Notes under the pieces: generated by a model
Databases searched by the model: none
Told to the model about the DNA's origin: nothing
What the model saw: only the letters and a program-made list of their open reading frames with translations
From: Parasitella parasitica NRRL 2501
Lineage: Eukaryota; Fungi; Mucoromycota
Assembly (NCBI GenBank): GCA_025201805.1
Contig: MU619253.1
Location: forward strand, 250,202-314,201
DNA: 64,000 nt
Direction of reading: 5' to 3'
Shown here: one piece after another, positions 14,735 through 28,099 of the stretch
Layout: each line of letters begins with the position of its first letter
Numbering within the stretch: position 1 is the first letter of the stretch
Made by a program: the position numbers and the translations under genes

Positions 14735-16212
14735 AGTTCAAGAATACGAACGGGTATCTAGATTTTTTTTTTTTTTTTTTAAAAAAATTTCTTGTGCTGA
14801 ATATCGTATAGGGTTTGTATGTATGTCAAGGAAGTAGATGAAGCAAAAAATAAAGTGTGAAAAAAGGTAAAGAAAGGAGGAAGAAAGCAAAATGATCGAT
14901 GCAATTATATACTGGAAGTTTTATATTACTTTTTTGGCCACAATCTAAAAGGGTAATGTGCCCTCATTCTCGGTCCTTCTTTATTGATTTTTTTGTCACT
15001 GACACCCCTCAAGACATGTAAATCGAACATGTAATATACATTATTTATGCAATGTTGAACAAGAACCATCGTCATATAATGGGGGGGGGGTTTGAAGAAG
15101 GCCATTTTATTGACACACACATACAGGGTCCTCTGTATATCATACCTATTTATTTATCCTTTAGCTTGCAAGAAACTCGGGCCGCATGATTTCATCACAA
15201 GAAAGCTGTAATGGGATCAATGGTATCACAACAATGTATTTTCGAAAATCATCCTTTCATTCACGATCGGCGATGCCAGTAAAAGTTGATTTTCCTGATT
15301 AAGTTATTGCACAGTTCGTGCGCTTGTTTAGTGGATATATTTGCACAAAATGTGCTTTCGATTAGGCAATATTTTGATATCCTATGTACCTGAATTATTC
15401 ATGCTCTCACTTCGTTCTTCGCCCCCCCCATCTTTCCTTTTGCCCCCTTTCTTAAAATCACTCCTCCCCCAAAGAGACGTTCTCACTCAATTGCTCCTAT
15501 TATGAAATAGGAAAATAGATGTATATACAGCCACGCGCTCACTCTCACTCTCACTCTAGCACATTCCTGCTCTAAAAACGCAGGAGGGCCGGTTTTAGCC
15601 TTATAAAATATATGATTTGGTCTGCACACACGCATCCTTCTTAAAACCCACATTTACTATAGCAACGTAATCTGCTACTAAATTGATTTTAGATAGAAAA
15701 AAAAAAAAAAGGCACGAAAATATGGCAGGAAAGACACATGCAAGAACCGTAAACAAGCAACCTGCGCTATCACAAGTTAACAGCAATGAACTGATAGCTT
15801 GGAAAGGACTACCCGCAATGTCGACTGTATTTCGACGATCGATCTTCATTTTCCAAATAAATTAAACCAAGCACTCCACGCCTTGTGTTACACATTGGAG
15901 TAAAAAATAACGTTAAAATGCATCCAAGTTTAAAATCCAAACAGTTATTTTTAGCTGGATCAACGAATATATATACTATAATAATGTTCATATAGTCGTA
16001 CACGAGAAATAAATGATTTTATGTATGTAGAACTAAAGACTTTTTTTAGCCAACATGGTTGGACAGGCTGGTCTAACGGCATAGTCAACGATTGTATATG
16101 CAGACAGCATACAAGTGAATTACGGCAGCAGCGTCGCTGATGTGTATATTTATATATATATATGTATACCAAGATGGCGTAGATTAGCATTTTGATCGAT
16201 TTCACATATTTT

Positions 16213-16275
16213 ATGTATGTATGTATATATGTATGTTTGTATGTATGTACGTATGTACGTATGTATGCATATGTA
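16213..16275. repeat. Imperfect (TATG)n microsatellite
   Basis: Seen directly. Confidence 0.85.
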
Positions 16276-16404
16276 AATTAGAAAGAAGATTTTGACAGCT
16301 GTATGTGCAGCAGGTAGGGTATTTAAAAAGATTTGTTTTTATAATATCGTGTATTATTTTGTGCTCATGGACAACGGGTCGACCACATTTTTATATTTTT
16401 ACTG

Positions 16405-16572
16405 TCATACTTTCTCAAACAGGACTTTAGCTGGTATTGCTCCCGCGTTAACACTCGTTGTAAGCGCTTTAACAATAGGGGCTTCTCCTTTTGGCGCCCA
16501 TTCTTCTGTATATCTTGGATTTGCATTGAAGCCTGCTTCATGGATAAAGACACAACTATCCACGTAATTCAT
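16405..16572 (-). pseudogene. Tc1/IS630 (DDE_3) transposase fragment
   Basis: MNYVDSCVFIHEAGFNANPRYTEEWAPKGEAPIVK matches the CVFIDE.GF.....W...G..P block; first catalytic D appears as H. Confidence 0.72.
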
Positions 16573-18374
16573 CTATTCTTTTATCGCTTGAATTATCTTT
16601 GGAGTGTCTTGTTCGGCAGCTCTAGTTGAGCCTTTTTAAAGTCAATATCCACAGATTGGCCCAATAGCGATATAGTGTTCTTTTTAACAGTGATAGATCA
16701 TAAAAAGCGCTGATCAATTGAGCTGCTGTAGCCATAATAAAATTCGATCAATCAACAGAGAGAGGGAGAGAGATATTATCATTTTTAATTAAGATCCACC
16801 TGCTCGCAGCATATTATATATGTATTGCTTGTAATAAAGTAAACATATAGACTAGCCTGTTGTCTGGTTCTAGGCTCTCCTCTAGATAAAGAAGATCATG
16901 AAAAAGCAAAGCAAGACTTTGACACATGGGCGCTATATTGATGTCCTTTGATTAATGCGTCCTATTGCAATTGGATTGGCCTAGATTTGATTTCAAAATT
17001 AATTGTTCATCAAATCCCATTTTTTGCATCACTGTTACGCTGCTTTTTTTTTTTTTTTTTTTTTTTTTTTTGAACTAGTTTAAATTTGGAACCAAATACT
17101 GACTAGAACATAAAACTCGATTCATGAAGTGTGCTCCCATGATAAAAAGCATACATATCCCTCTTCATGCTTCCATCTCACATAAAACCTAAAAAAAAAT
17201 GAAACTTATCCCTGAATTTTATTTGCGCTGCCTTTTGAATTCAATTGAAAAGATACTATTGAATTCAATGGATACGGCACATATTCTTGGCGTTACATCT
17301 GTTGCATATTGTATTGGATTTTCTAATGCTAGACTATTCGTAGGGGATCTGGATTATCGCTTCGTGTTGCATGCCACGTACTCGATATTTGCTAAATGGG
17401 CGAATGAGAACTTGGCTTTTTTTTTTTTTTTTTTTCCAATGCAGCCACTGATTCCAGCGTTTAAAAGGCCTTGAGCGCATACGCTACCATCATATTAATA
17501 TTTTATTGATTCATAATTTATATTAGCCTTTCATGGTTCTCTGATCTTCATTATTATAACCCTCTTCGTGAAACATATCGTGCATTAGCAATACTCAACA
17601 GAACCAAATCAGGAACTATTCAAGATTGAAATCAATCTACGCACCCCAAATGTAGGTGAAAAATTGAAAACTTTGCATGCCAATGGGCCCTCCGGAACTT
17701 GCAGCAATAATCTGACTTATTTACAGCAATATCCACTCTTAATTTACTCTTAATCATTTGCATACATTTAACACTGAGATGCTGCCGCACACTAGATGGG
17801 TTATAACGAATAGGGTGTTAATCATTCGCTAATAAATTCGTAACGTTTGTGTGTGTAGGACAAAAAAACCCTTTTAGGCTGAAGCGGTAGGCACTTGCTC
17901 TTTATGTTTCTATTTTAGATTAAAGTTGCATAGTGTTATCAGCGTCTTTTGCAGGGAATAATAACCGCTTTGATCAAGTCGAATTGTACTAAATATCTGC
18001 TTGTGTATATCGACGTCTTGGGGATTTTGAAAGGTGCATACATCTGAGATTGTACATTTTTATAACATTTATGCTGTAACTGTTCATCCTGATATTTTAT
18101 ATGCTAACCTTTAAACTACATTAAACTCAATGTGTGAACTGTAGCACATCTTATTTATACAGACAGTTATTTGTTGGATTGACTGCAATCCTTGAAAATA
18201 AATCGATTCTGACTAAAAACTGTCTCTGTCAGGGATTGAGTAGTAGTGCATCCCTGAATACCACAGCTGTTGCTTACATGTTTGGTAACGTTAGTTGAAA
18301 AAAATAAAGTACATCTTGCAATTAATTGTCGATAGAATTGAAATTCTAGATCATTCGTTTTATTAAAACGTAAT

Positions 18375-20979
18375 TTAAACCTGTGTCCTACGCAATAAGT
18401 TACGTCTAACTCGAAGAGCATTGGCACCAGCGCCCTCTGTACTCTGCTGAGTAATATAAGGAACCTTTTTCCACGGTATATTGGCAACACCAGAGCCTTT
18501 TTCTAACTTTTGATCCAGCATGGCCCATAACGGTAGTTGAATTTCGCCTTTGACAAGGCTAGAAACCTTTTCCAAGGTATTAAAAGGTAGTGGTGTTAGC
18601 AGCAATAATGCATGGCGAGAAGGATCGATCGATCGAACAATAGCTAGACCATGGCAAGTTATTAGATGAGGGAGAGGAGCCGGCTGATCCTGTGTATTAA
18701 AGTAGATGGGAGGAGTCTAAGTGAAAGGTTAGATTTAAGGAGATCCCATCATGACGCCTGAAAGCTTACTTACAAAGGCATCGTCTTTTGATGTTGTGGT
18801 GTTTCTAGGCCCTCTTTGGTGTTTGTAGTTTTCAACATTGCCAATCAGACCCACAAGGCTCCCATTCAAGGCATAGAGCAACTCGTTCGGTTTAACTTCT
18901 TCATGAATCACCCAAATGGCGTTCAAGCCTTGTCTCCAGTCTACCATCCAGGGCACTCGGTCAATCAAGTGCGCTTTGTAATCCCAACGAGGCAGCAGAT
19001 AATTGTCCTCACCCATTCCAGCTTGGTGAAAATAAGAACCGAACGCAATGTCTCGCTGTTGGGTCGAAGTGAAACTATCCGCCAAAGTAACCACGTTGGG
19101 ATCCTGTAGCACACAGCCCAGATAATGTAGTACGGGCGCCTCCTTGGCTACCGCAAAGACATTGGCATTCGGCGTAGGCAGAATATCTATGTCAAATGTA
19201 GGGTGCAAGTTTTTGTATTGTAGCATGTAATGACGCATGGCAAATACGTCGGTTGGCTCGACTTTGTGTATCTGGCTGATGAGCAAGTCGTAGCCGACGC
19301 CCGAAACCCAGCCTTGTGTATTCACTACCAGAGGAATCCATTGATGCTGATCCTCATCTTGCACTTGCTCTTGGTCATGCTCCCAATGATCTACGAGTTC
19401 ATTAATGCACGCCAGATAGTAATCAGGGTTACTGCGAGGCGAAGCAGAGCCAAAATAGAAGCTTCTTTCTGGCTCCAGTTGTTGATGTGTGTAAGGAGGT
19501 CCGAGAATAGGGTTGCTAATGTAATGGAGGGACAGCAAACCAGAGGGCGTAAACTCGCTTTGTCCAACGTCAGCTTCAAGATAGGCCACGCGACTGTATT
19601 TGGCCAAAAGGCGATTGATCAAATATCTGCTGTACGATGATTTACCCATATCCTTTGCTCCACACACAACGGCGACTAATGGACGCACGGCCTGCTGCGT
19701 TGCTTTCTCTATTGCCATGGAGGTATGTGTCTGCCAGGATGATTCGATTTTGAGGGATTTCACGCCAGGCGTTGGCGTAAGAATAGGGTGGAAGCCAGGC
19801 AGAAGGCTGATGTCCAGCGTGTTGTCGAGTTTGGACTCCTTCTTGCTCAATTTGACCAAGTTCTTATTGAACGTGGTAATGGCGTCTCGCATATTCTCTA
19901 ACCCCGAGCCTTCTAGGTCCTTGACGACAATTATGCTCTCAAACTCATCGCAACTGCCTTTTAATTCGTCGAATACGGCCTCTACTAGGTATTCGTCGAT
20001 TTCAACCGGGCTGCCATGAGATTGGACAGAGGCTGCCTCCAGAGACTCGGAGCCAATACTTAGCAGTGAATGTGTGCGCGGTGAAAATACAGGGTAAAAC
20101 GAAACATGCAGATCTTCTTTGACCGCCGTCTTGGGCACTGGCCTTCCAGAAGAAATCACTGCGCCTGCTATGGACATGGACCCGTACAGTGCTGCTGCTA
20201 GCACTTGGCCCATGAATACAACATTCTCGCCCTTTTTCAGCCCTAAAAACAGAAATGTATCCTGCTCTTGATTTATGATGCAGCTGTTGTGCTTGGTGGG
20301 TGTAAAGCGGCTCACTGAATTGTAGTCGATCAATGCAGGCCTAATAAGAGCGAGATTTTTAGTACTGCTTGCGTCTATATTTATCTCTCGAATAGTCGTT
20401 ACATTTTGTTTCTAGGCTTGATGGTTTCCATGGCGATTGGCTTAAGAGAAACGGCGCCATTCGGCGTTGCCGCTCCACTGATGGATGGCATGACACGATC
20501 CTCCTCCAATTCGTCCCTCAAAGCCTCCTCTTTTTCTTCTTCATCATCATCAGTAGCACTTTGTACATCAGAGCCCTCGGCTATACGCTGCAAGTATTCA
20601 TCCTCGTCTTGCTCTGATTCGTTTTCTGAATAATCAACAGGTTCAGGTTTGAATATTCCAGCAATGATGGCAGCTCTTCTAGCGGCAACTGCACTCAGTG
20701 GAGTAGTTGAAGGCTGCACAGCCTCGGTGCTGATCTCTGCCACACTTTTCTGCATCTCTACAGCTACCTCCTCTTTCTTTTCCAGCGAAATTATGTCCGC
20801 TTCATTAGTTTGGCTTCGAGTTTGTCTACGAGATGTTGCAGCAGCTATAAGGGTACTGGGGGCTGCTACCGTAAACACATGTTGGCTTTGTTGCAACTGG
20901 GACTGAAACCGAGACACTTACTTTTAAGCACCTTGTTAGAGTGCACTTGATTTGAGCTTGTCTTTCTTTTTGGAGGCAT
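18375..20979 (-). CDS. GRC3: Polynucleotide 5'-hydroxyl kinase Grc3/NOL9 (Clp1 family), multi-exon
   Basis: P-loop VCGAKDMGKSS, ADVGQSEFTPSG, VVNTQGWVSGVG; start MPPKRK at 20979; ends RRNLLRRTQV*. Confidence 0.93.
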
Positions 20980-21995
20980 CCTTTCCTATGAGAGATCTTG
21001 TAAAAACTTTTTTTTTTTTTTTTCTTTTTTTCCTCTGGTTCGTTTTGAAACATGTCAAAAAAGGTATTCAGTCACACAGGGGTTGCCATACGGTAACAAC
21101 CAAATACAGTAAACTTTCAACGCAGCACTGGCATCTAGTGGCATGAGTAAATATCAGTTCAGCAGACTCAAGTACTGCCGTTGTTGTCAACAGTACCTGA
21201 TGATTCAGTATGCATAAATTAGGGCCATAACCGCGTCTCATCTTACCAACAACATAACATGTAAGAGTTACAGAGTTACAGAGTTACAGAGTTGCTGTCA
21301 TTGCCAATGTTGTAAACCACATTGCACGACTGTTTTGTTCATTTTTCAGTGCAGCATTGAGCCGTTACTGATACCATTGTGTGTGGTAGAAGTCTCTTGA
21401 TCATACTTGTTAACATATCCTTATTTCTGTAGAATCAGATCACGACAAATGAAATGGTATATAGAAGATATATAGCGACAAAGAATTTAGTTTCATTGAC
21501 AATTGGTGTATTTTTTATGCGGTTTTGGTGTTAATAATCCCGAGAATGATAGTTTGTCAGAAAAAAAAAAGCTGTGTAAGGAGATAATTCAACATGTCAA
21601 TTCAGCAAAAATTTGCCACTCAACCATTGTGCAGAATGTGTGCAACAACAGTTGAGAGAACCATCAATAAATACTGCTGCATAGACTGCATCAGATTCAA
21701 CTATGGCCACTACACATACATGTTGATATTTCTGAACAAAGAATATGTTACCAATTAGAAGCAATATAGAGAAAATGACCAGCAGGCATCCTGTAATACT
21801 GGCAGGAGGTCAAAGGGCATTTGCAAAAGAATCAATTAGCCTTATATATCTCCTCGCATATAAAAACAAGATGTTGCAATAAGCATACCATAACAAAAAA
21901 AAAAAAAAAGAAAAAAAAAAAATACGCGGCTATTCAATGAGAAGCAGTTTTTTCTCTGCTCCCATCTCTTTCTTTCTTTTTCTTGTATCGACTAA

Positions 21996-23357
21996 ATGAA
22001 GGAAAACAAGTTTGTTATGGGAGGAGATGATACTGCGAAATCAACCGAAACAGCTACTGCTTCTCCTTCTGCGGCAACTACAGCGACAACACAGCATAAA
22101 AGGCCGGTAAGACACCATGTTAAAAGACGCTCGAGTGGCCGAGTCCACGTAGCCAAATTAGCCCCCATGGCAAGAGCCAACAGCTCAAACCACACCGATA
22201 CCGAAGCCGATTACTTTGATGATCCCAGCACCACAACAGATTATAGCAAACCGACCATGAAACGCTCTCAGTCCCAGCGCTCGCTACACAGAATATCTTT
22301 TGACAGGAAGGGCTTTGCTAATCTCACCGCTGCTCGAAGGAAATCCACTGCCTCTTCAAATGACAAAATCAGCGTAACCGACGTTATCATTCCAGCACCC
22401 ACCAAAAGCGAAAGAATAGCATCCAGCAATCCAGCTTCCCTGAGCAGCAGTAACATTGCTGCACCTGTCGAGATAACATTCAATGCGGTAGCTGATAATC
22501 TGGTCATCCCTAAAAAAGAACTGTTGCCCAAGATTGCATCTCCTTTGAGAGCGTCTATTCAATCCAGCAGCGCCGCTGCTTCAGTCAGCAACATGCCAGA
22601 TACACAGCAGCGAAACAGGAAGCATCTGCTTCGATCCCAATTCATCACTTCGTCTTATGAAGAACCCACCGTGACACTCGCATCCTATAAAGGCTCATTA
22701 GCAGGAGGAGGAGCAGCAGCAGCATTCGTTGCCGCCATCCCGTTCAGTCATAGTCGATCAAATTCTGCTTCTGCTAACCCTAACCCTAACAGCCTCTCGC
22801 GCACTCAGCAAAAACTGTTGTTGCAAAAACAGCAAGCGCTGGTGGAAGACGAGAACAGCCCTGTTCATCCTCGCAACATGTACAAGTTGAACAAAGAGCT
22901 GGATATGGTGGCAAGGGAATACAGATGCATCAAACGGTACGAGGATCCGATGCGAGCGAGTTTAATGCGGTGCATTGTAAACCTTGATTCACACAAAAAA
23001 GCTGCGACGTCTGCCAACCCGCACCAACTTGCTCGGCTTCAATTGGGTGCAAATCAACATAGTATGTCCACATCCCTTGTGCCTACAATTTCCTCCGCCC
23101 TAAACACCACTACCGCCACCACCAACACAGCAATCCCTCATCTAGAGCAAAGACAGATAGCGCATCGTCATCACCGTCTAAAATCGATTGCCTTGTCTCG
23201 ATCCAATGCAAACAAACGTCAGTCACATCAAAGCATATCGCCCAACGCATGCAACAACCACGGAAATAGCGATAACAAATCAAATGGCAATGTGCTTGCC
23301 TTTCCATGGAACGCTGCTGCCCTGATTGATAGACTATTCAGTAGTTCTCCACACTAA
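21996..23357 (+). CDS. Low-complexity protein with Tco89-like motif (putative TORC1 subunit)
   Basis: Single 453-aa ORF; SRTQQKLLLQK...ELDMVAREYRCIKRYEDPMRASLMR resembles the conserved TCO89 family block (from recall). Confidence 0.6.
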   Translation: MKENKFVMGGDDTAKSTETATASPSAATTATTQHKRPVRHHVKRRSSGRVHVAKLAPMARANSSNHTDTEADYFDDPSTTTDYSKPTMKRSQSQRSLHRISFDRKGFANLTAARRKSTASSNDKISVTDVIIPAPTKSERIASSNPASLSSSNIAAPVEITFNAVADNLVIPKKELLPKIASPLRASIQSSSAAASVSNMPDTQQRNRKHLLRSQFITSSYEEPTVTLASYKGSLAGGGAAAAFVAAIPFSHSRSNSASANPNPNSLSRTQQKLLLQKQQALVEDENSPVHPRNMYKLNKELDMVAREYRCIKRYEDPMRASLMRCIVNLDSHKKAATSANPHQLARLQLGANQHSMSTSLVPTISSALNTTTATTNTAIPHLEQRQIAHRHHRLKSIALSRSNANKRQSHQSISPNACNNHGNSDNKSNGNVLAFPWNAAALIDRLFSSSPH

Positions 23358-24167
23358 TCCATTAAATTATAACTTGTACAACAACACCGCCATCATCATC
23401 ATGACACAATTGTATTAATTTTCTTTTACTCCCAAATAACTGAATACCGCATGTAAATATACTATCCAAATAAACAAAATGTTGCTCAATATGACACGTT
23501 TCGATGTTGCCATTGTATCACTACGCGCTGCTTTTACTTTCATAGCAAACGGTGCCTCTGATATCTCAAGACAGAAATAGACATCTCCAACACGTTGTAA
23601 CATGGTGCAAACGGAGAAAATTTTGGAAGCTGTATTCCATCACTTTGATAGTTTGGCAAAAGATAATAGAGATTGCAGGCTATACGTTTAAGCGGGGGGG
23701 GGGGGGAGGGAAAGAAAAGATGATGGACATGATTACTTTAATTGGGTATATTCTATATACATAAATTTCATGTCAGCAAGCCTTGCATCTAACCATAGAG
23801 GTTACAGAGTACTCTGTAATATTATCAGTTTTTCAAAGGTTTTTTTTATTTTTTATTTTCTCTGCCCAGAGGAGGAATGCATTTAATAATTCCGATTGTG
23901 GCAAGTATGACGCTGTGTGCTACTTTGTAGATGCTGTATTATGCGCAGGTTGATTTCGCTTGAAACATGCCGAAAATAAATGCACATAACGGTACGCCAT
24001 AAATGATGGATTTTTCAAGTATCTCTTTTGATGGTAAACAGATGTGAAACATGTTTTCGTCCAACCGCAAACAAGTGAAAAGAAAATAAAATAATAATAA
24101 AAAAAAAGAACCGATCAATGACACACCTTCCTTCCTTTTCTTTCTTTTGGTTCCAGTGCGATACAGA

Positions 24168-24788
24168 ATGTCTGCCACTGTAGTAATATCAAAAGACAAC
24201 CTAACATTGGATGATTTTCTCCAGCTGCAATCACTGCTGAGCTACGAACAAGGCGAATGCGATAAGCATATTGAAGCGTGTCATCAACAAATCAAAGCTC
24301 ATGTCCAGCCTGTTCATCACCGTCATCCCGTCAAATTCCGTCATGCAATCAACCCGCAAGCAGCACGCAAATCCCAACTGGAAAAGCAGCGTCTTGCTCA
24401 GGCTATTTCAAATCTGCAGTATCTCAAGGACCAATACAGACGTCAGCGTGCTCTTGAAATCCAAGCTTACTTGGAAGAATATCGTCGCCAAGCTCTTATC
24501 CGGGCTGTCTTGCAGGAAGAGGAAGAGAGGTATTACCGTCAGTGTATTGCAGCCGCTTTAGAGCAAAGACGCGTCAATTTGCTTTGGCAAAAATTCATAA
24601 ATGCCAAGAAGCAAGAATCGCTGGTACGACAAATGCAAACCCAAGAATTGGATGATAAACAGCAACCTCCAGAGCAAGAAGAGGCAATCAAAGATGATAG
24701 CAGCAGCGGAAGCGGCAACATGGATGACGATGGCTACTGTGATTATCGCTCTGAGCAATTGGCGAATATATTAAAGCAAATATTTGGC

Positions 24789-24859
<71 letters not shown>

Positions 24860-25934
24860 ACAGGAGCAACAACAACAACAGGAGCGAGAGGGAACTCGCA
24901 AAGAACGTGATGCTACCACCACTACCACCATTGCGGATGCTGACAATGACACGGATAATGCCATGGCAGAGGTTTGGAAATATCTCAGCGACCAAAAAGC
25001 TGATACCGAGACGCCTAGAACCGCATTTTTGTCCTCGGAGCATGATCGGGTATTAGGTGCCGGAGAAGAAGAGGAAATTCCAGAATCTGACCAGCAGCAG
25101 GAGGCAGAATCTATCAGCAGCAGCCCTGCATCTTCGCCAGATAATGATCGAATCAAAGCATTGCCTCCTCTACAAGATCACGTGGTGACATTGCAAGACT
25201 TGATACAGAAACTTGCTGCAGAGCCGGTGCTCGTAGATGAACAATACCATCAGTACGACGGTGCTCCTGAGCAGGCCTACGCTGCGAACGAACCTCTGCA
25301 AGAAGGCTTTCCCGCCAACGAAGCTGCTGAAATCACGGATGCTGAAATCGGACAAGACAGACAAGCAAAGGAGAAAAAACCGTTCTTACCTCAGCATATT
25401 TTTACAGACGCAGAGCCTACACCCACACTCGAGAACATGCCAAATACACCGCTGGATAACGCATCGATCAAAGAGGACTCGCATTTTGCAGATTCTATCG
25501 CAGCTGAGCAGCAAAACCACGAAATGCCTGCAGATCCACGCAAGGAGAAGGCGAACGAGCTATTAGATCATATCTCTGACCAATTGTCTGATAACAGCGA
25601 GCTCGTCGAACGTTGGAGACAAGTGCTGTTACACGCAAATCAACTCTGTTTTAGTAAACAGCAGGAGGGTACATTATTGTTGACTGCATCTACAGATACC
25701 AATCGTCAATTTTTGGGCTCTGAGGATGAAATTATGAGAGTTATGCTCAAATTGGACTCTGTTGATTCCTTTGGGGACGACAACATTCGCCAAAAGCGAA
25801 AGAGTCTGGTAAAGAAATGCGAGCACATGCTCGAGGAGCTGGATCAAGTCAAGAAGTCTCAATGGGAAAAAGCTGTTTCCTCCAATAAGCAGGGCCATCA
25901 CCGTCGTCGCCGCCGTAATAAAAAGCACAACTAA
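24168..25934 (+). CDS. BAG-domain protein (Hsp70 co-chaperone-like) with long polyQ
   Basis: C-terminal FLGSEDEIMRVMLKLDSVDSFGDDNIRQKRKSLVKKCEHMLEELD matches the BAG signature; probable start ATG 24168. Confidence 0.85.
24789..24882 (+). repeat. Coding CAG/CAA trinucleotide repeat (about 30 Gln)
   Basis: Seen directly within the BAG ORF. Confidence 0.95.
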
Positions 25935-26088
25935 TAGTAAAAAGAGAGGGTATATTTTGCGAAATGTTGTGTCGATTTATAATCTCGGTTTTCTCTTAAT
26001 TTCCAAATATATTTAACAAACAAAAAAACAAAAAAAAAAAAATTGTTCAAATTTTTTTTTGCTTTCCCTTTTCTTCATTTGCAAACAT

Positions 26089-26996
26089 ATGCCTGTTGTC
26101 AAAAACCTGCCATACATCTTGTCTCATTTTCTGGGTTACAGAAAGCCTGATTATGTTCCAAAAAAGCTGCCTGTTTGGAGGATATATCTCTGGGGTTTCA
26201 TTGCCTCTTGGCTGGGCATTGCAGTAGTAGAAATAATATTTGCGTATGGGCCGTCATTTCAATCGCATCACACACCCATGATTGTAGCATCTTTTGTAAG
26301 CATAATATTTGTTCTTGCACTGTGTCATGTAGACTAACCTCAAATTAGGGCGCATCAGCAGTTTTGGTGTATGGAGTTATAGAGTCTCCCTTGGCCCAAC
26401 CTCGCAATATTATAGGTGGCCAAATAATTGGTGCTGTGGTGGGGGTTGTCATTTCGCAGTTGTTTTTAGGTATTCAGCAAAACTGGGCATCGGAAGGCCA
26501 GTACATTGCAGTACAATGGGTTGGTGGCGCTACGGCAATGGCCTTTTCGTTAGTCATTATGCAAATAACAAAGTGTGTCCATCCTCCTGGCGGTGCCTCT
26601 GCTTTGATTCCAGTTGTAACAACAGCCATCCTTGATATCAAGTGGTTTTACATTGGGGTAGTAGCATTGTCTGCCGTAATCCAGGTTGCCGTTGCATGTT
26701 TGGTTAACAATATAGAGCGAAGATACCCTGTGTATTGGTGGGCTCCTAATGAAGCTCCAATAAAGTTCAATCCAACTGAACTCGCAGCAGTTTTGTCCGT
26801 ACCACACTCGACACATGGACCAGAAGATATTGTCGCTGACAATTTGACAGTAGCAGAAGAGAGCAGAATACATCCATCAAAAGATAATGATAACACCAAA
26901 ATTGTACAAAAACGCCCTAATGGAGCTACCTCGTCGTCTTCCTCTTCTTCTGTCACAGCAATCGACAGGCAGAACATGATAAAGCAACCCATTTAA
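26089..26996 (+). CDS. HPP-family integral membrane protein, 2 exons
   Basis: IVASF|GASAVLVYGVIESPLAQPRNIIGGQ and CVHPPGGASAL; intron about 26296-26349. Confidence 0.92.
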
Positions 26997-27165
26997 ACAT
27001 ACCTAAAAATCCAGATGCAAAATATAACCTATGTACGCCTAATTCCTTGATCCATTTCGCAGGAATTTTACTATCAGAAGAGGAGAAATCATCGCTGGAA
27101 ACTTTGATCTAAAAATTAAGCTCCCAATACTTGATAACATTTTTTTTAAAAAAAAAAGAAGACAT

Positions 27166-27809
27166 TTATTTGTTTTCACCCTGTAGAGTAACTACTACAC
27201 GACGTGAGCCACCCGAGTTACGATGTTCACACAAATAAATCCTACATACTGCAAGTTATTTACACAGATCATGGTATGCATGCACATAGATATACTTGCC
27301 CCTGCCAGGTGCCTAAATTCAGTTTACCATTGGTGATTGGAATATTTAAAGACACACCAACAATTCCAGATTTCAGATGGCCAGGCTGTTATACTTGATG
27401 GGTATTGAAATATGATATTGACTGGATTGACTTACCATATCATCAGGACCTTCTGCGGTATGAACATAGGGAAATGATTCTGGCACAATCTTATTCAAGC
27501 CCATCTCCATGTCTTTTTGAACATCAGAATCGTAATTTTCATTGATCATCAAAGATGCAGAAGTGTGCTGTACTATTAAGAACAGTCAGAATTTTGAGAT
27601 TCATCAATTGTATCATATTTGACAGCTTACAAAAGACATTGGCCATTCCCACCTTAAAGTTTTTCAACTCGGACAATTGACCGACAATCTCCTTGTGGAC
27701 CAAATGACAACCTTTGCCATGTTAGTTGCTAGCCAACAGACATTCTACCGCACATTTATATACCTCTTTTGCGTTCGTTTAGTCGAATTTCTTTCTGAAT
27801 CCAAGGCAT
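27166..27809 (-). CDS. YjbQ/UPF0047 family protein, 5 short exons (missed by the ORF track)
   Basis: Spliced: [141 protein letters not shown]. Confidence 0.95.
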
Positions 27810-28099
27810 AGTTAATGTAAGAAGTGTGTGTGTGTGTGTTTTTTTTTTATCAAAGAAAAGAAGCAAGTTTTGAGTCACGTACCATGAACGTCATTTTTAT
27901 ACGATTTCCTGGGTTCTTGTTGCTATTCCCTTGGCGAGATTCCTTTCCAGGCAAATTTGCACTTTCTGAGATCTTCAACGTTACCTCAAGTCCAAAAATG
28001 TCATATTATCATACGGGAAAGAAATTTCCCGTAAAATAAGTTAATAAATTGTCGAGTTGGGAGATATAGCTCTTCCTCTTTCCGTTGTTTTTCATCATT

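Noticed and set aside
17199-18490. ORFs 17199-17474 (+) and 18167-18490 (-)
   Set aside because: No motifs; the second overlaps the GRC3 terminal exon in another frame
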